DNA of 64,000 nucleotides, taken from IMG/VR virus record IMGVR_UViG_3300042878_001826, positions 32,001-96,000 of that record; one strand, 5' to 3'. The notes under the pieces are model-generated. The model saw only the letters and a list, made by a program, of their open reading frames with translations. It had not been told where the DNA came from and searched no databases. The position numbers and the translations under genes are program-made. Source of the DNA: a virus. This document shows, piece by piece, positions 20,227 to 29,422 of the stretch; positions within the stretch are counted from its first letter, which is position 1; each line of letters starts with the position of its first letter.

Positions 20227-20311
20227 TCCGACTTAGGACCGGAATAGTTAGAAGCCCCAACGGGTAAACTATTGAAACCACTGAATTCGCTCCTCAGTGG
20301 TTTCGTTTTTT
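20227..20311 (+). ncRNA. Candidate small structured RNA (three hairpins ending in a terminator)
   Basis: TCCG-ACTTAGGAC-CGGA; AATAGTT..CCC-CAAC-GGG..AACTATT; GAAACCACTGA-ATTCGCTCC-TCAGTGGTTTC then a T-tract; preceded by TAATATATA at 20210. Confidence 0.45.
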
Positions 20312-20375
20312 AATAAACTTTTTTTATTTAAACTTTAATAAAAATAATATATAAAACAAATAATAAAAAACAATT

Positions 20376-21341
20376 ATGGAAAATACAGAACATATTTTAA
20401 AAGAAAACCCGGGAAGATTTGTACTTTTCCCGCTTAAGTACCACGATATCTGGGAGATGTATAAGACTGCTGAGCATTCATTTTGGACGGCCGAAGAGAT
20501 TGACCTAGCACAAGACTTAACTGACTGGGATGAAAAGTTGAATGACGATGAAAGACACTACATCAAAAATGTCCTTGCTTTCTTCGCAGCATCTGATGGT
20601 ATCGTAAACGAAAACTTAGCAGAGAACTTTGTGAAAGAAGTTCAATATCCAGAAGCGAAAAGCTTTTATGGTTTTCAAATCGCAATGGAGAACGTACACT
20701 CTGAGACTTACTCTCTTTTGATTGATACTTATATCAAAGACGAAAAAGAAAAGGATCATTTGTTTAACGCAATCGATACGGTTCCTTCTGTAAAGAAGAA
20801 AGCTGATTGGGCTTTAAAATGGATCGATTCAGAATCATTTGCAGAACGTTTAGTAGCTTTTGCTGCAGTAGAAGGTATCTTCTTCTCAGGATCATTCTGT
20901 TCTATCTTCTGGTTAAAGAAAAGAGGTTTAATGCCTGGTTTAGCTTTCTCTAATGAGTTGATTTCAAGAGATGAAGGTTTGCATTGCGAGTTTGCTTGTT
21001 TGTTACACAACAAACACATCACAAACAAAGTAAGTCAAGAAAGAATCACAGAGATTATTACTGAAGCTGTTGAGATTGAAAAAGAGTTTGTAACAGATTC
21101 TTTACCTGTATCTCTTATTGGAATGAATGCAAAGTTGATGCAACAATATATTGAGTTCGTTGCTGACTATTGGTTAAGTGAACTTGGTTGTAAAAAATTC
21201 TATAACGCTGAAAATCCTTTCGACTTTATGGATATGCTTTCTTTACAAAACAAATCAAACTTCTTTGAGAAAAGAGTGTCTGAATATCAAAAAGCATCTG
21301 ACAAGAATATCGACTTCGATAACATGGACGATGACTTCTAA
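20376..21341 (+). CDS. nrdB: Ribonucleotide reductase class Ia small (R2) subunit
   Basis: [54 protein letters not shown]. Confidence 0.97.
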   Translation: MENTEHILKENPGRFVLFPLKYHDIWEMYKTAEHSFWTAEEIDLAQDLTDWDEKLNDDERHYIKNVLAFFAASDGIVNENLAENFVKEVQYPEAKSFYGFQIAMENVHSETYSLLIDTYIKDEKEKDHLFNAIDTVPSVKKKADWALKWIDSESFAERLVAFAAVEGIFFSGSFCSIFWLKKRGLMPGLAFSNELISRDEGLHCEFACLLHNKHITNKVSQERITEIITEAVEIEKEFVTDSLPVSLIGMNAKLMQQYIEFVADYWLSELGCKKFYNAENPFDFMDMLSLQNKSNFFEKRVSEYQKASDKNIDFDNMDDDF

Positions 21342-21359
21342 ATATAAAGAAAATATAAA

Positions 21360-21392
21360 ATGCCTGCTTATATAAAGAGCAGGTATTTTTGT
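21360..21392 (+). terminator. Intrinsic terminator after nrdB
   Basis: ATGCCTGCT-loop-AGCAGGTAT followed by Ts. Confidence 0.7.
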
Positions 21393-21442
21393 TTAAACAT
21401 ATTATGTTGTTTTTAATATAATATAAAAAATAATAAATGTAA

Positions 21443-22753
21443 ATGACAGAAAAAGTAAACGAACGTGTGAGCTACAAAGTTAAAGACATCTCTCTTGCAG
21501 AATTTGGAAGAAAAGAGATTAGACTTGCAGAGGCGGAGATGCCAGGATTGATGGCAATACGTAAAGAATACGAAGAAAAACTTCCTTTAAAAGGAGCTAG
21601 AATCGCAGGATGTCTACATATGACTATCCAAACTGCAGTTCTGATTGAAACTCTTGTAGAATTAGGTGCAGAAGTATCTTGGAGTTCTTGTAATATTTTC
21701 TCTACACAAGATCACGCTGCGGCAGCAATCGCAGAAGCTGGAGTTCCAGTATATGCTTGGAAAGGAATGAATGAAGAAGAGTTTGATTGGTGTATCGAAC
21801 AAACAATCAACGCATTCGAAGGTGGTAAATACCTTAATATGATTTTAGATGACGGTGGTGATTTAACAAACTTAGTTTTTGACAAATATCCACATTTAGC
21901 AGAAGATATTAAAGGTTTATCTGAAGAAACTACAACAGGAGTTCACAGACTTTATGAAAGAATGAAAAACGGAACTCTTTTATTACCAGCAATCAATGTA
22001 AACGATTCTGTTACTAAATCTAAGTTTGACAACAAATACGGATGTAAAGAATCTTTAGTAGACTCTATTCGTAGAGCAACTGACGTTATGATGGCAGGTA
22101 AAGTTTCTGTTGTATGTGGATATGGTGATGTAGGAAAAGGTTCGGCGGCTTCTTTACAAGGTGCAGGTGCAAGAGTTATTGTTACTGAGATTGATCCTAT
22201 TTGTGCTTTACAAGCAGCAATGGATGGATTTGAAGTAAAAAAACTTGACAATGTAATCCATTTAGCAGACATCGTAGTTACTGCAACAGGAAACAAAGAC
22301 ATTATTAAAGGTAGACACTTTCTTGCGATGAAAGATAAGACTATCGTTTGTAATATTGGACACTTTGACAATGAGATTGATATGACTTGGTTAAATAAAA
22401 GCTATTCTAAGATTGAAGTTAAACCACAAGTTGATATCTATGATGTAGAAGGAAAAGACGTTATCGTATTGGCAGAAGGAAGACTTGTGAACTTAGGTTG
22501 TGCTACAGGACATCCATCATTCGTAATGTCAAACTCTTTCACAAACCAAGTTCTTGCACAGTTAGAACTTTGGAATAACTCTGATAAATATGAGAATAAA
22601 GTTTATACTTTACCTAAACATTTAGATGAGAAAGTAGCCAGACTTCACTTAGAGAAGATTGGTGTAGAATTAGATGAACTTTCTAAAGAACAGGCTGATT
22701 ATATTGGTGTTGCAGTAGAAGGACCATACAAAAACGACGAATACAGATACTAA
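21443..22753 (+). CDS. ahcY: S-adenosyl-L-homocysteine hydrolase
   Basis: [54 protein letters not shown]. Confidence 0.98.
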   Translation: MTEKVNERVSYKVKDISLAEFGRKEIRLAEAEMPGLMAIRKEYEEKLPLKGARIAGCLHMTIQTAVLIETLVELGAEVSWSSCNIFSTQDHAAAAIAEAGVPVYAWKGMNEEEFDWCIEQTINAFEGGKYLNMILDDGGDLTNLVFDKYPHLAEDIKGLSEETTTGVHRLYERMKNGTLLLPAINVNDSVTKSKFDNKYGCKESLVDSIRRATDVMMAGKVSVVCGYGDVGKGSAASLQGAGARVIVTEIDPICALQAAMDGFEVKKLDNVIHLADIVVTATGNKDIIKGRHFLAMKDKTIVCNIGHFDNEIDMTWLNKSYSKIEVKPQVDIYDVEGKDVIVLAEGRLVNLGCATGHPSFVMSNSFTNQVLAQLELWNNSDKYENKVYTLPKHLDEKVARLHLEKIGVELDELSKEQADYIGVAVEGPYKNDEYRY

Positions 22754-22754
22754 G

Positions 22755-23600
22755 ATGAACGTTCTTTCTTTATTTGATGGTATGTCTTGTGGACACATTG
22801 CTTTAGAAAAGCTTGGTATTGAAGTTGATCAATACTTTGCATCTGAGATAGAAGAAGCTTCTATTAAAGTAACTATGACAAACTATCCAAATACTATTCA
22901 AATAGGAGACGTTACTAAAGTGAATGGAAAAGATCTTCCAAAAATCGACTTGTTGATTGGAGGAAGTCCTTGTCAATCACTATCCAATGCTGGAAATGGC
23001 TCTGGTTTTGACGGTAAGAGTGGGTTGTTCTATGAATGGGTAAGACTTTTGAAAGAATGCCAACCAAAATACTTTATGCTTGAGAATGTAAAGATGAAGA
23101 AAGAATGGCAGGCGGTTATTACTGATATCTTAGGTGTAGAACCAATTCTTATCAATAGTAATCTTTTTTCCGCTCAGAATCGTCAGAGACTTTATTGGAC
23201 TAATATTCCAATGAATACTTTACCTGATGATAAAGAGATTTACATCGAAGACATATTAGAAAGTGGATTTGATAAAAAGTATTGGTTACCTGAAAAGAAC
23301 GCTGGATTGCTGAGCAAGAAAGTTGATATAACTGGTGCACCCGATATCTGTTGTATAGATGTTTACAACAAACGATATAAGAAGGATAGAAAAAGTCCTA
23401 CTTTAACACATCCTTGTCATAACTCTTTAAGACTTTTACAAGATGGTAAGTTCAGAAAGCTAACGCCCATTGAATGTGAGCGACTTCAAACTGTTCCGGA
23501 TGGATACACTAAAGGAGTTTCAGACACACATCGATATGCGATGCTTGGAAACGGCTGGACTGTAGATGTTATAGCACACATATTTAAAAACCTCGTTTAA
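22755..23600 (+). CDS. C5-cytosine DNA methyltransferase
   Basis: SLFDGM, GGSPCQ, LENV, QNRQRLYW, ECERLQ, LGNGW. Confidence 0.93.
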   Translation: MNVLSLFDGMSCGHIALEKLGIEVDQYFASEIEEASIKVTMTNYPNTIQIGDVTKVNGKDLPKIDLLIGGSPCQSLSNAGNGSGFDGKSGLFYEWVRLLKECQPKYFMLENVKMKKEWQAVITDILGVEPILINSNLFSAQNRQRLYWTNIPMNTLPDDKEIYIEDILESGFDKKYWLPEKNAGLLSKKVDITGAPDICCIDVYNKRYKKDRKSPTLTHPCHNSLRLLQDGKFRKLTPIECERLQTVPDGYTKGVSDTHRYAMLGNGWTVDVIAHIFKNLV

Positions 23601-23614
23601 GACGAGGTTTTTTT
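23586..23614 (+). terminator. Intrinsic terminator
   Basis: AAAAACCTCGT-TTAAG-ACGAGGTTTTTTT. Confidence 0.8.
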
Positions 23615-23639
23615 GTTTTTATAAAATAATATATAACGT

Positions 23640-23930
23640 ATGAAGATATTAAGATTTGAAGAGTTTGAAATAAACGAATCTCTACCTAATAAGAAAACGG
23701 TAAATCAGTTGAAAAAGGTTATGAAGCAGTCTGCTAAAACAGATATTGGAAATCGTATTTCGGACATGAACAAACAGGGAGCAAACCTACACTATATGCA
23801 AAATCCTATCGAGACTGGCATTGAATCGAAAGAAGACTATGACGAACACAACAAGAAATTCGTTTCTTCTTGGAACCTAAAAGGTATGTTAGGACCATTC
23901 AAAGGAGAAGACAATAAACAAAACAAATAA
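23640..23930 (+). CDS. Hypothetical protein with capsid-targeting-like N-terminus (MKILRFEEFEINES)
   Basis: Shared N-terminal motif; TAATATATA-N4-ATG. Confidence 0.72.
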   Translation: MKILRFEEFEINESLPNKKTVNQLKKVMKQSAKTDIGNRISDMNKQGANLHYMQNPIETGIESKEDYDEHNKKFVSSWNLKGMLGPFKGEDNKQNK

Positions 23931-23940
23931 ATATTTAAAA

Positions 23941-24702
23941 GTGATTTATTTAGAAAAATATTTGGATTTTATGAGTAAAGGAATATTAATACCTATTGGT
24001 GGGGCCGAAAGTAAAGGATCTAAAGTAGATATAGATAATAGTATTCTATCAGAAGTTATAAAAGTTTCTAAATTTGGAACGGATTCAAATATTATAATAA
24101 TTCCAACCGCATCATCTTATCAAAATGAAATAGATTCTGAATATAGAACTACTTTTGAAAGATTTGGATGTAAAAATATAAAAACATTATTCATATCATC
24201 AAAAGATGAAGTAGATTCTGCTGATAATTTGGATCTATTAAACAATTCAAATATTTTAATGTTTTCAGGTGGTAATCAATCAAAAATAAGTGAATGTTTT
24301 TTAGGTACTAAATTTTTAGAATGTTTAAAAAATAAATTTAACTCAGAACACTTTGTTTTGGTGGGTACATCAGCAGGAGCAATGTGTATGTCAGAAAACA
24401 TGATAACTGGCGGTGATAAAAATGTTAAATGTGGAATAGGTCTTTCTTTAATACCCGAATTTATAATTGATAGTCACTTTATCGAAAGAGATAGACTCGG
24501 TAGACTAGTTGAGGCAATTTCTATTTATCCAAATAGAATTGGTGTTGGTTTGGCAGAAGATACAGCAATCATAATAAAGAATGGTAAATTTAGGGTTATA
24601 GGATCTGGCAATGTTACCGTTTTCGATTCCAATGATTTGAAAAATGATTTAGAGTTTAGCGTTTTATCGTCAGGTGATACATTTAATATTAAAAATATAT
24701 AA
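23941..24702 (+). CDS. Cyanophycinase / peptidase S51 family protein
   Basis: IPIGGAE, IIPTAS, SGGNQ, catalytic GTSAGA, IDSHFIERDRLGRL, GLAEDT. Start may be GTG 23941 or ATG 23971. Confidence 0.88.
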   Translation: MIYLEKYLDFMSKGILIPIGGAESKGSKVDIDNSILSEVIKVSKFGTDSNIIIIPTASSYQNEIDSEYRTTFERFGCKNIKTLFISSKDEVDSADNLDLLNNSNILMFSGGNQSKISECFLGTKFLECLKNKFNSEHFVLVGTSAGAMCMSENMITGGDKNVKCGIGLSLIPEFIIDSHFIERDRLGRLVEAISIYPNRIGVGLAEDTAIIIKNGKFRVIGSGNVTVFDSNDLKNDLEFSVLSSGDTFNIKNI

Positions 24703-24707
24703 ATAAT

Positions 24708-25592
24708 ATGAAATATCTAAGCAAATACGAAAGTTTTTTAAATATCATAAAAGAGGCGGTATCCAATAGAAAGTTGATTCTTCTATCAGGACCTAGTGCT
24801 TCCGGAAAGTCATATCTGGCGGAAAAAACTTTAGGTGCAAAAAATTGGTACGAAGGAGATACTTCTGTAGCTTTGATTGGAACCGACAACTTTGGTGGTG
24901 AATCGAAGAAGACATTTCCAATGTTCTCAAAGTTGTTGAAGGAATTTGGTTGTCCGGAACTGGCTAAGTTTAAAGGAGACTGGTATTGGCTTATAGAGCT
25001 TTACAAAGATGACTACAAGAAATGGCAAGAAGTTGCATCAGATGAAGAGAAGAAGAAATACGAAGAACTAAAAAGAAAGCTTCCTTTTGAGAAGTCACAA
25101 GACGAAAGTAAAAACTTTCCACACTACGGAAAGGATGGTAGGATTTGTGGAATGGCTTGGACAGCACACCTGTTACCAGAATCAGTAACCACCATTATAT
25201 TCGACGACATATCAACAGGAATAGAAAACTATTTCAAAGTGCAAGACATTCTTGCTTTCACTCCATTGGATTGGATGATGAAGAACATCAAGTCTAGGGA
25301 AATCAATGTGAACGAAGAAGGAACTACCTTATATCAATATTGTGATTGGTTTATGGCAACAGACAAACCAGACTTAGATAATAAGATGTATACCGCAGAA
25401 ATACTGACTGAGCTTTTAACAGAAGCAGGTCATGACAATCCAAAAGAAATACTAATCAGATTAGGAGTAAAAGGAGAGTTAGAGAATGAATTTTATATAA
25501 CAACAAAACCAGGAGTTAAACCTGAAATTATTGTAAACACAAGAGACAAATCTACAGGAAGAGCAATCGGAATAGATGACTTATCGATATAA
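24708..25592 (+). CDS. P-loop NTPase/kinase-like protein with capsid-targeting-like N-terminus
   Basis: MKYLSKYESFL; Walker A GPSASGKS; IIFDD. Confidence 0.72.
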   Translation: MKYLSKYESFLNIIKEAVSNRKLILLSGPSASGKSYLAEKTLGAKNWYEGDTSVALIGTDNFGGESKKTFPMFSKLLKEFGCPELAKFKGDWYWLIELYKDDYKKWQEVASDEEKKKYEELKRKLPFEKSQDESKNFPHYGKDGRICGMAWTAHLLPESVTTIIFDDISTGIENYFKVQDILAFTPLDWMMKNIKSREINVNEEGTTLYQYCDWFMATDKPDLDNKMYTAEILTELLTEAGHDNPKEILIRLGVKGELENEFYITTKPGVKPEIIVNTRDKSTGRAIGIDDLSI

Positions 25593-25610
25593 AAAATTAA
25601 TATATAAACT

Positions 25611-25898
25611 ATGAAATATTTAAAAACATTTGAAGGCTACAACGATAAGAGTTTAGCAAGAGAGATTGCAGAAGACTTACTTCCACAACTACAAAAGATT
25701 AGAGACGAAAAAGGAATCTTTACCGTAAGTATGTTCGACAACTTCATGGAAGAAAGAAAAGGAGATATGAAATTGACTGACGAAGTTATTTCAGAACTTG
25801 TTGATTTAGGATTCCAATTCGACTATGATGATTCAGAAGACGAATATGACAGAGATCCTTTTGAAGGATACCCAGGAATGGAATACAGCTTAAACTAA
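25611..25898 (+). CDS. Acidic hypothetical protein with capsid-targeting-like N-terminus (MKYLKTFEGY)
   Basis: Shared N-terminal motif; TAATATATA-N4-ATG. Confidence 0.72.
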   Translation: MKYLKTFEGYNDKSLAREIAEDLLPQLQKIRDEKGIFTVSMFDNFMEERKGDMKLTDEVISELVDLGFQFDYDDSEDEYDRDPFEGYPGMEYSLN

Positions 25899-25900
25899 AT

Positions 25901-25929
25901 AAAAAAGAGACTCAACTGAGTCTCTTTTG
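25901..25929. terminator. Bidirectional intrinsic terminator
   Basis: AAAAGAGACTCA-AC-TGAGTCTCTTTT between convergent genes. Confidence 0.82.
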
Positions 25930-26100
25930 TTATTTTAAAACCATATATTTTACACCATCAACAATCTTAACGACATATTTACCAGTGTCTTTTTTCTCGA
26001 CTTTTTTAGTAGCACGCTTAGACGCAGTTGCACCTTTAACACTTTTTTCAGCCTCACCAAATTTGTTTTTTAAAACTTCCCTCATTGAATATCTTTCCAT
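25930..26100 (-). CDS. 56 aa basic hypothetical protein (missing from ORF track)
   Basis: MERYSMREVLKNKFGEAEKSVKGATASKRATKKVEKKDTGKYVVKIVDGVKYMVLK; TATCTTTG box at 26133..26126; terminator downstream. Confidence 0.7.
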   Translation of the reverse strand: MERYSMREVLKNKFGEAEKSVKGATASKRATKKVEKKDTGKYVVKIVDGVKYMVLK

Positions 26101-26171
26101 AGCTTTTCGTTTTTAGATTGTCTTACAAAGATAAGAATCTTTTTGAATGTGGTCACTATAATATATAGAAT

Positions 26172-26702
26172 ATGAAAATAAAGAAATATACACAGTTTTT
26201 AAACGAATCAAGTGGGTTTAGTCTTGGTTGTGTTATGATAGAAGTTCCGGTATCAAACTGGGAAGAAATAACATCATCTATTACAGAAGAAGATCTTTAT
26301 ACAGATGAAGGAAAGCCAGGTATTCAAGATAATCCTCATGTTACTATTCTTTATGGATTACACGAAGAAGTTTCTTTGAATCAAATAAAATCTGTATTTG
26401 AAGGACTAAATGAGCGTATAGATATAAAGATAGAAGGAATAGGAGTATTTGAAAATGAAAACTTTGATGTAGTAAAATTCAATGTTGTTCCAATCGGTAC
26501 TTTACAAAGTCTACACGACAAACTTTCCGAATTTCCAAACTCTAATGAGTATCCAGAATACGAACCACATATAACTATAGCTTATGTTAAAAAAGGAAGT
26601 GGTAAGAAATACGAAGACTTAGAATACAGACATAGTGTTGATAATGTTAATGAAGTATGTTATTCAATACCAGGTGGTTCCAAAGAATATTTCAAAATCT
26701 AA
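26172..26702 (+). CDS. 2H phosphoesterase, T4 gp57B/Acb1 (anti-CBASS nuclease)-like
   Basis: Two HxT motifs, PHVTILYG and YEPHITIAY; N-terminal MKIKKYTQFLNES. Confidence 0.8.
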   Translation: MKIKKYTQFLNESSGFSLGCVMIEVPVSNWEEITSSITEEDLYTDEGKPGIQDNPHVTILYGLHEEVSLNQIKSVFEGLNERIDIKIEGIGVFENENFDVVKFNVVPIGTLQSLHDKLSEFPNSNEYPEYEPHITIAYVKKGSGKKYEDLEYRHSVDNVNEVCYSIPGGSKEYFKI

Positions 26703-26884
26703 TAAACTTATACATCAAATATTTATAGAAAATAAAAAATGATTGAAAGTATTTTGTATCGTGTTATTTTTGGCCGAAAATATATGAAAAAAAATCGAAA
26801 TAACCTAAACTTTTAATCACATTTTTAATATAAATAATAACTAAACAGAGAGTTTAGTATTAAAAACAAATAAAAAGCAATATT

Positions 26885-27850
26885 ATGGCAAATGAAATGG
26901 ATGACCTATTTAATGGAGGTTTAGACAGCAAAATGGACTTCTTAAATGAAGTAAAATCAGGTAACAACAACGACGGAATCTACAGAGTGGATCTTAAATT
27001 GGCAAAAGACGAAAAACGTGGATGGAGATCTGTAGTAAGATTTTTACCTAACTTAACACAAGAAGGAAAGATTGGACAATCTGCGATTGAAAAAATCTCT
27101 CACTATGTAGACATCAAATCTGCGAAAGAATTAAGTGGATGGTTTGACTCAGCGAAAAACTTCAATGAGAAATGTGCATTGACAGATTTGTATTACCAAA
27201 TGCAAAACTCTAAAAATGCAGTATTGATTGAGAAATCAAAACAGTTAAAGTTTTCTAAAAAATACTACTCTTACGTTTTAGTATTAGAAGATGAGCAACA
27301 ACCAGAATTAGTTGGTAAGATCATGGTTTTCCAATACGGTAAAACTATTAAAGACAAAATCATGGCTGAGAAAAACGGAGAAATCTCTGGAGTACCTTGT
27401 AATGTTTTTGACTTATCAGCTGGTAAAGAATTCGTTCTTGTTGTTAAGAAAATCCAAACTGGTGATGAAACATACCCAGATTACAAAGCAAGTATGTTTA
27501 GAGGTGAAACAACTTCATTACCAATCTTCAAAGGTGGTGTTTTCAAAAACGCTCCATTAGAAAATGGTAAGATTGCACCAAACGTACAAGGTGTTGTTAA
27601 AAACTTCTTGTTAGAAAGAACTGTTGAGTTAGAAGATTTCGCTCCAAAGAAATTATCTGAAGAACAACAAGTTAAAATCACAGAGATTAGTAACTTCTTA
27701 ACTGGAAAAGCTAGTTCTTCTTTTTCAAGTGCGAAAGCTGAATCTAAGCCATCATCTGATGACTTCTCTTTTGAAGAAAACTTCTCAGAAAAAACACCAG
27801 CTACATCTACAGCATCTGCAGATGAAGATGATTTTTTCGCAGACATTTAA
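26885..27850 (+). CDS. T4 gp32-like single-stranded DNA-binding protein
   Basis: VVRFLP, YYSYVLVLED..PELVGKIMVFQYGKTIKDKI, FDLSAGKEFVL, acidic tail DEDDFFADI. Confidence 0.88.
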   Translation: MANEMDDLFNGGLDSKMDFLNEVKSGNNNDGIYRVDLKLAKDEKRGWRSVVRFLPNLTQEGKIGQSAIEKISHYVDIKSAKELSGWFDSAKNFNEKCALTDLYYQMQNSKNAVLIEKSKQLKFSKKYYSYVLVLEDEQQPELVGKIMVFQYGKTIKDKIMAEKNGEISGVPCNVFDLSAGKEFVLVVKKIQTGDETYPDYKASMFRGETTSLPIFKGGVFKNAPLENGKIAPNVQGVVKNFLLERTVELEDFAPKKLSEEQQVKITEISNFLTGKASSSFSSAKAESKPSSDDFSFEENFSEKTPATSTASADEDDFFADI

Positions 27851-27868
27851 TATTTTAAATATTGATAT

Positions 27869-27903
27869 AAAAATCCTTGGCAAAAAGTCAAGGATTTTTT
27901 TTT
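27869..27903 (+). terminator. Intrinsic terminator
   Basis: AAAATCCTTGGC-AAAAA-GTCAAGGATTTT followed by a T-tract. Confidence 0.75.
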
Positions 27904-27965
27904 ATACCTAAACAAAAGGAATATCAAACTATATAATAGATAGTAAAAAATATAATCATATTATT

Positions 27966-28964
27966 ATGAGCTTTAACAACAGGACATTTAAAGACAACAG
28001 AACAGGAGAAGTGGTAAAAGTAATCGATTCGTTCGAAAACATCGCTATTCTTGAAAACAAAACTAAAATTGATACAAGACGACTTATGGACCCAAATCAT
28101 TTTACGGAGCAAGTTGATCCATCTGCATTTTTTAACACACAAAACGCATACAATGATTTATTTGAAAAAATAAAAACTATTCCGTCAGAAAACATTCCAG
28201 ATGAGAATGGTGAGGTTAGACCAAACGTAAATATCGACAACAACTATAGACCTCCTGTGGAAGATGATAGTGCTGTGATATATGGTAGTATCGATGATGA
28301 GAAAGAAGAGTTGGCTAGAAAATATGGAATAAATCCAGACAACACACAATCAGTTGCTAGACAGAATGAAGCATTTGCAAAGATATTAGAAGATAGTGAA
28401 GAACTTGATGAACTACCAACTATACCTGAACCAAGAAAGATTGTCAATGATGAACCACCGGTTCAAAGAGTTGAAATTGATAGAGATAATGGAACAGTTG
28501 TAGTAAATGGACAAAATTCAGAACCAGTCTATACAAAACCTAAAGAAGATCCTATCTATACAATGTTTAGAGGTGTAAAAAGATCTGTTGAGTTTAGCTT
28601 AGACCTAAAACTAGAAAACAAAATACCTAGATTAGACTTTATAGAAATGATGGAAGACTCTTATGAGAAAAGCATCATTGACTTTTTAGCAGACGAATTT
28701 ATGTCAGAGCTTTTTAAAGATCCTAAGTCTTTAAAAGAAAGTATCAAGGTAAAAATAAAAGATATGGTTTATGGAAAACCAGTAGCTAAGAGATCTACTA
28801 CCAAAAAACCTGTTGCTAAAAAACCTGTCGCTAAACCTGTCGCTAAACGAACAACACCTAAAACGGATATATCAGAAACGCCAACAGACAACATGCCTGG
28901 ACATAGAAATCCACCGGCAGCACCTAAAAAAACTAGGGTAAAAAAAGAAACAGAACAGCAATGA
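27966..28964 (+). CDS. Hypothetical protein with Lys/Pro-rich (PVAKK) basic tail
   Basis: 332 aa ORF; KPVAK repeats near the C-terminus. Confidence 0.78.
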   Translation: MSFNNRTFKDNRTGEVVKVIDSFENIAILENKTKIDTRRLMDPNHFTEQVDPSAFFNTQNAYNDLFEKIKTIPSENIPDENGEVRPNVNIDNNYRPPVEDDSAVIYGSIDDEKEELARKYGINPDNTQSVARQNEAFAKILEDSEELDELPTIPEPRKIVNDEPPVQRVEIDRDNGTVVVNGQNSEPVYTKPKEDPIYTMFRGVKRSVEFSLDLKLENKIPRLDFIEMMEDSYEKSIIDFLADEFMSELFKDPKSLKESIKVKIKDMVYGKPVAKRSTTKKPVAKKPVAKPVAKRTTPKTDISETPTDNMPGHRNPPAAPKKTRVKKETEQQ

Positions 28965-29371
28965 TAGAAGAAAAATTCCTTGTGGCTGCGGTCAATATTA
29001 AAAGAAGTTATTTAAAGCTGACCTCAAACTTAGATTTCTATAAAAGAAGAGCAGAACAAACTTTAGAAAAACTACAAGACGCATATAATCAGGTAGAAGA
29101 TCTAGAAGGTGAAATAGCCGAATTGAAAAAGAAAAAAGATACAAACGTAGATCCAAACCTGACATCAAAGGTTTTGGATATATTGGCAGAGATAGAACGA
29201 GAAGGAAATAAGATTGAAAAGTTTGTCGAACCTCTAAACAAAGAGATAGAAAAACTTGCGATGGAAGAACAAGAGCTTTATCGAGTAATAGTCGAATCAC
29301 ATCCGAATCTATCAGAAGAACAGATTGTGGAATCTGTAGGACTTAGATTGAAAAAAGAAGGCCTCTCATAA
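28961..29371 (+). CDS. Coiled-coil hypothetical protein
   Basis: Coupled ORF with heptad pattern; hairpin terminator at about 29360..29392. Confidence 0.75.
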   Translation: MIEEKFLVAAVNIKRSYLKLTSNLDFYKRRAEQTLEKLQDAYNQVEDLEGEIAELKKKKDTNVDPNLTSKVLDILAEIEREGNKIEKFVEPLNKEIEKLAMEEQELYRVIVESHPNLSEEQIVESVGLRLKKEGLS

Positions 29372-29422
29372 TAATGAGAGGTTTTCTTTTTTTATATATA
29401 ACAAAAAGATTTCAATTCTCAA

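Noticed and set aside
20270-20305. SAH riboswitch (GAGGAGCG on the minus strand, near ahcY)
   Set aside because: Wrong strand, more than 1 kb from ahcY, and the remaining consensus elements are missing; the word lies in a simple hairpin.
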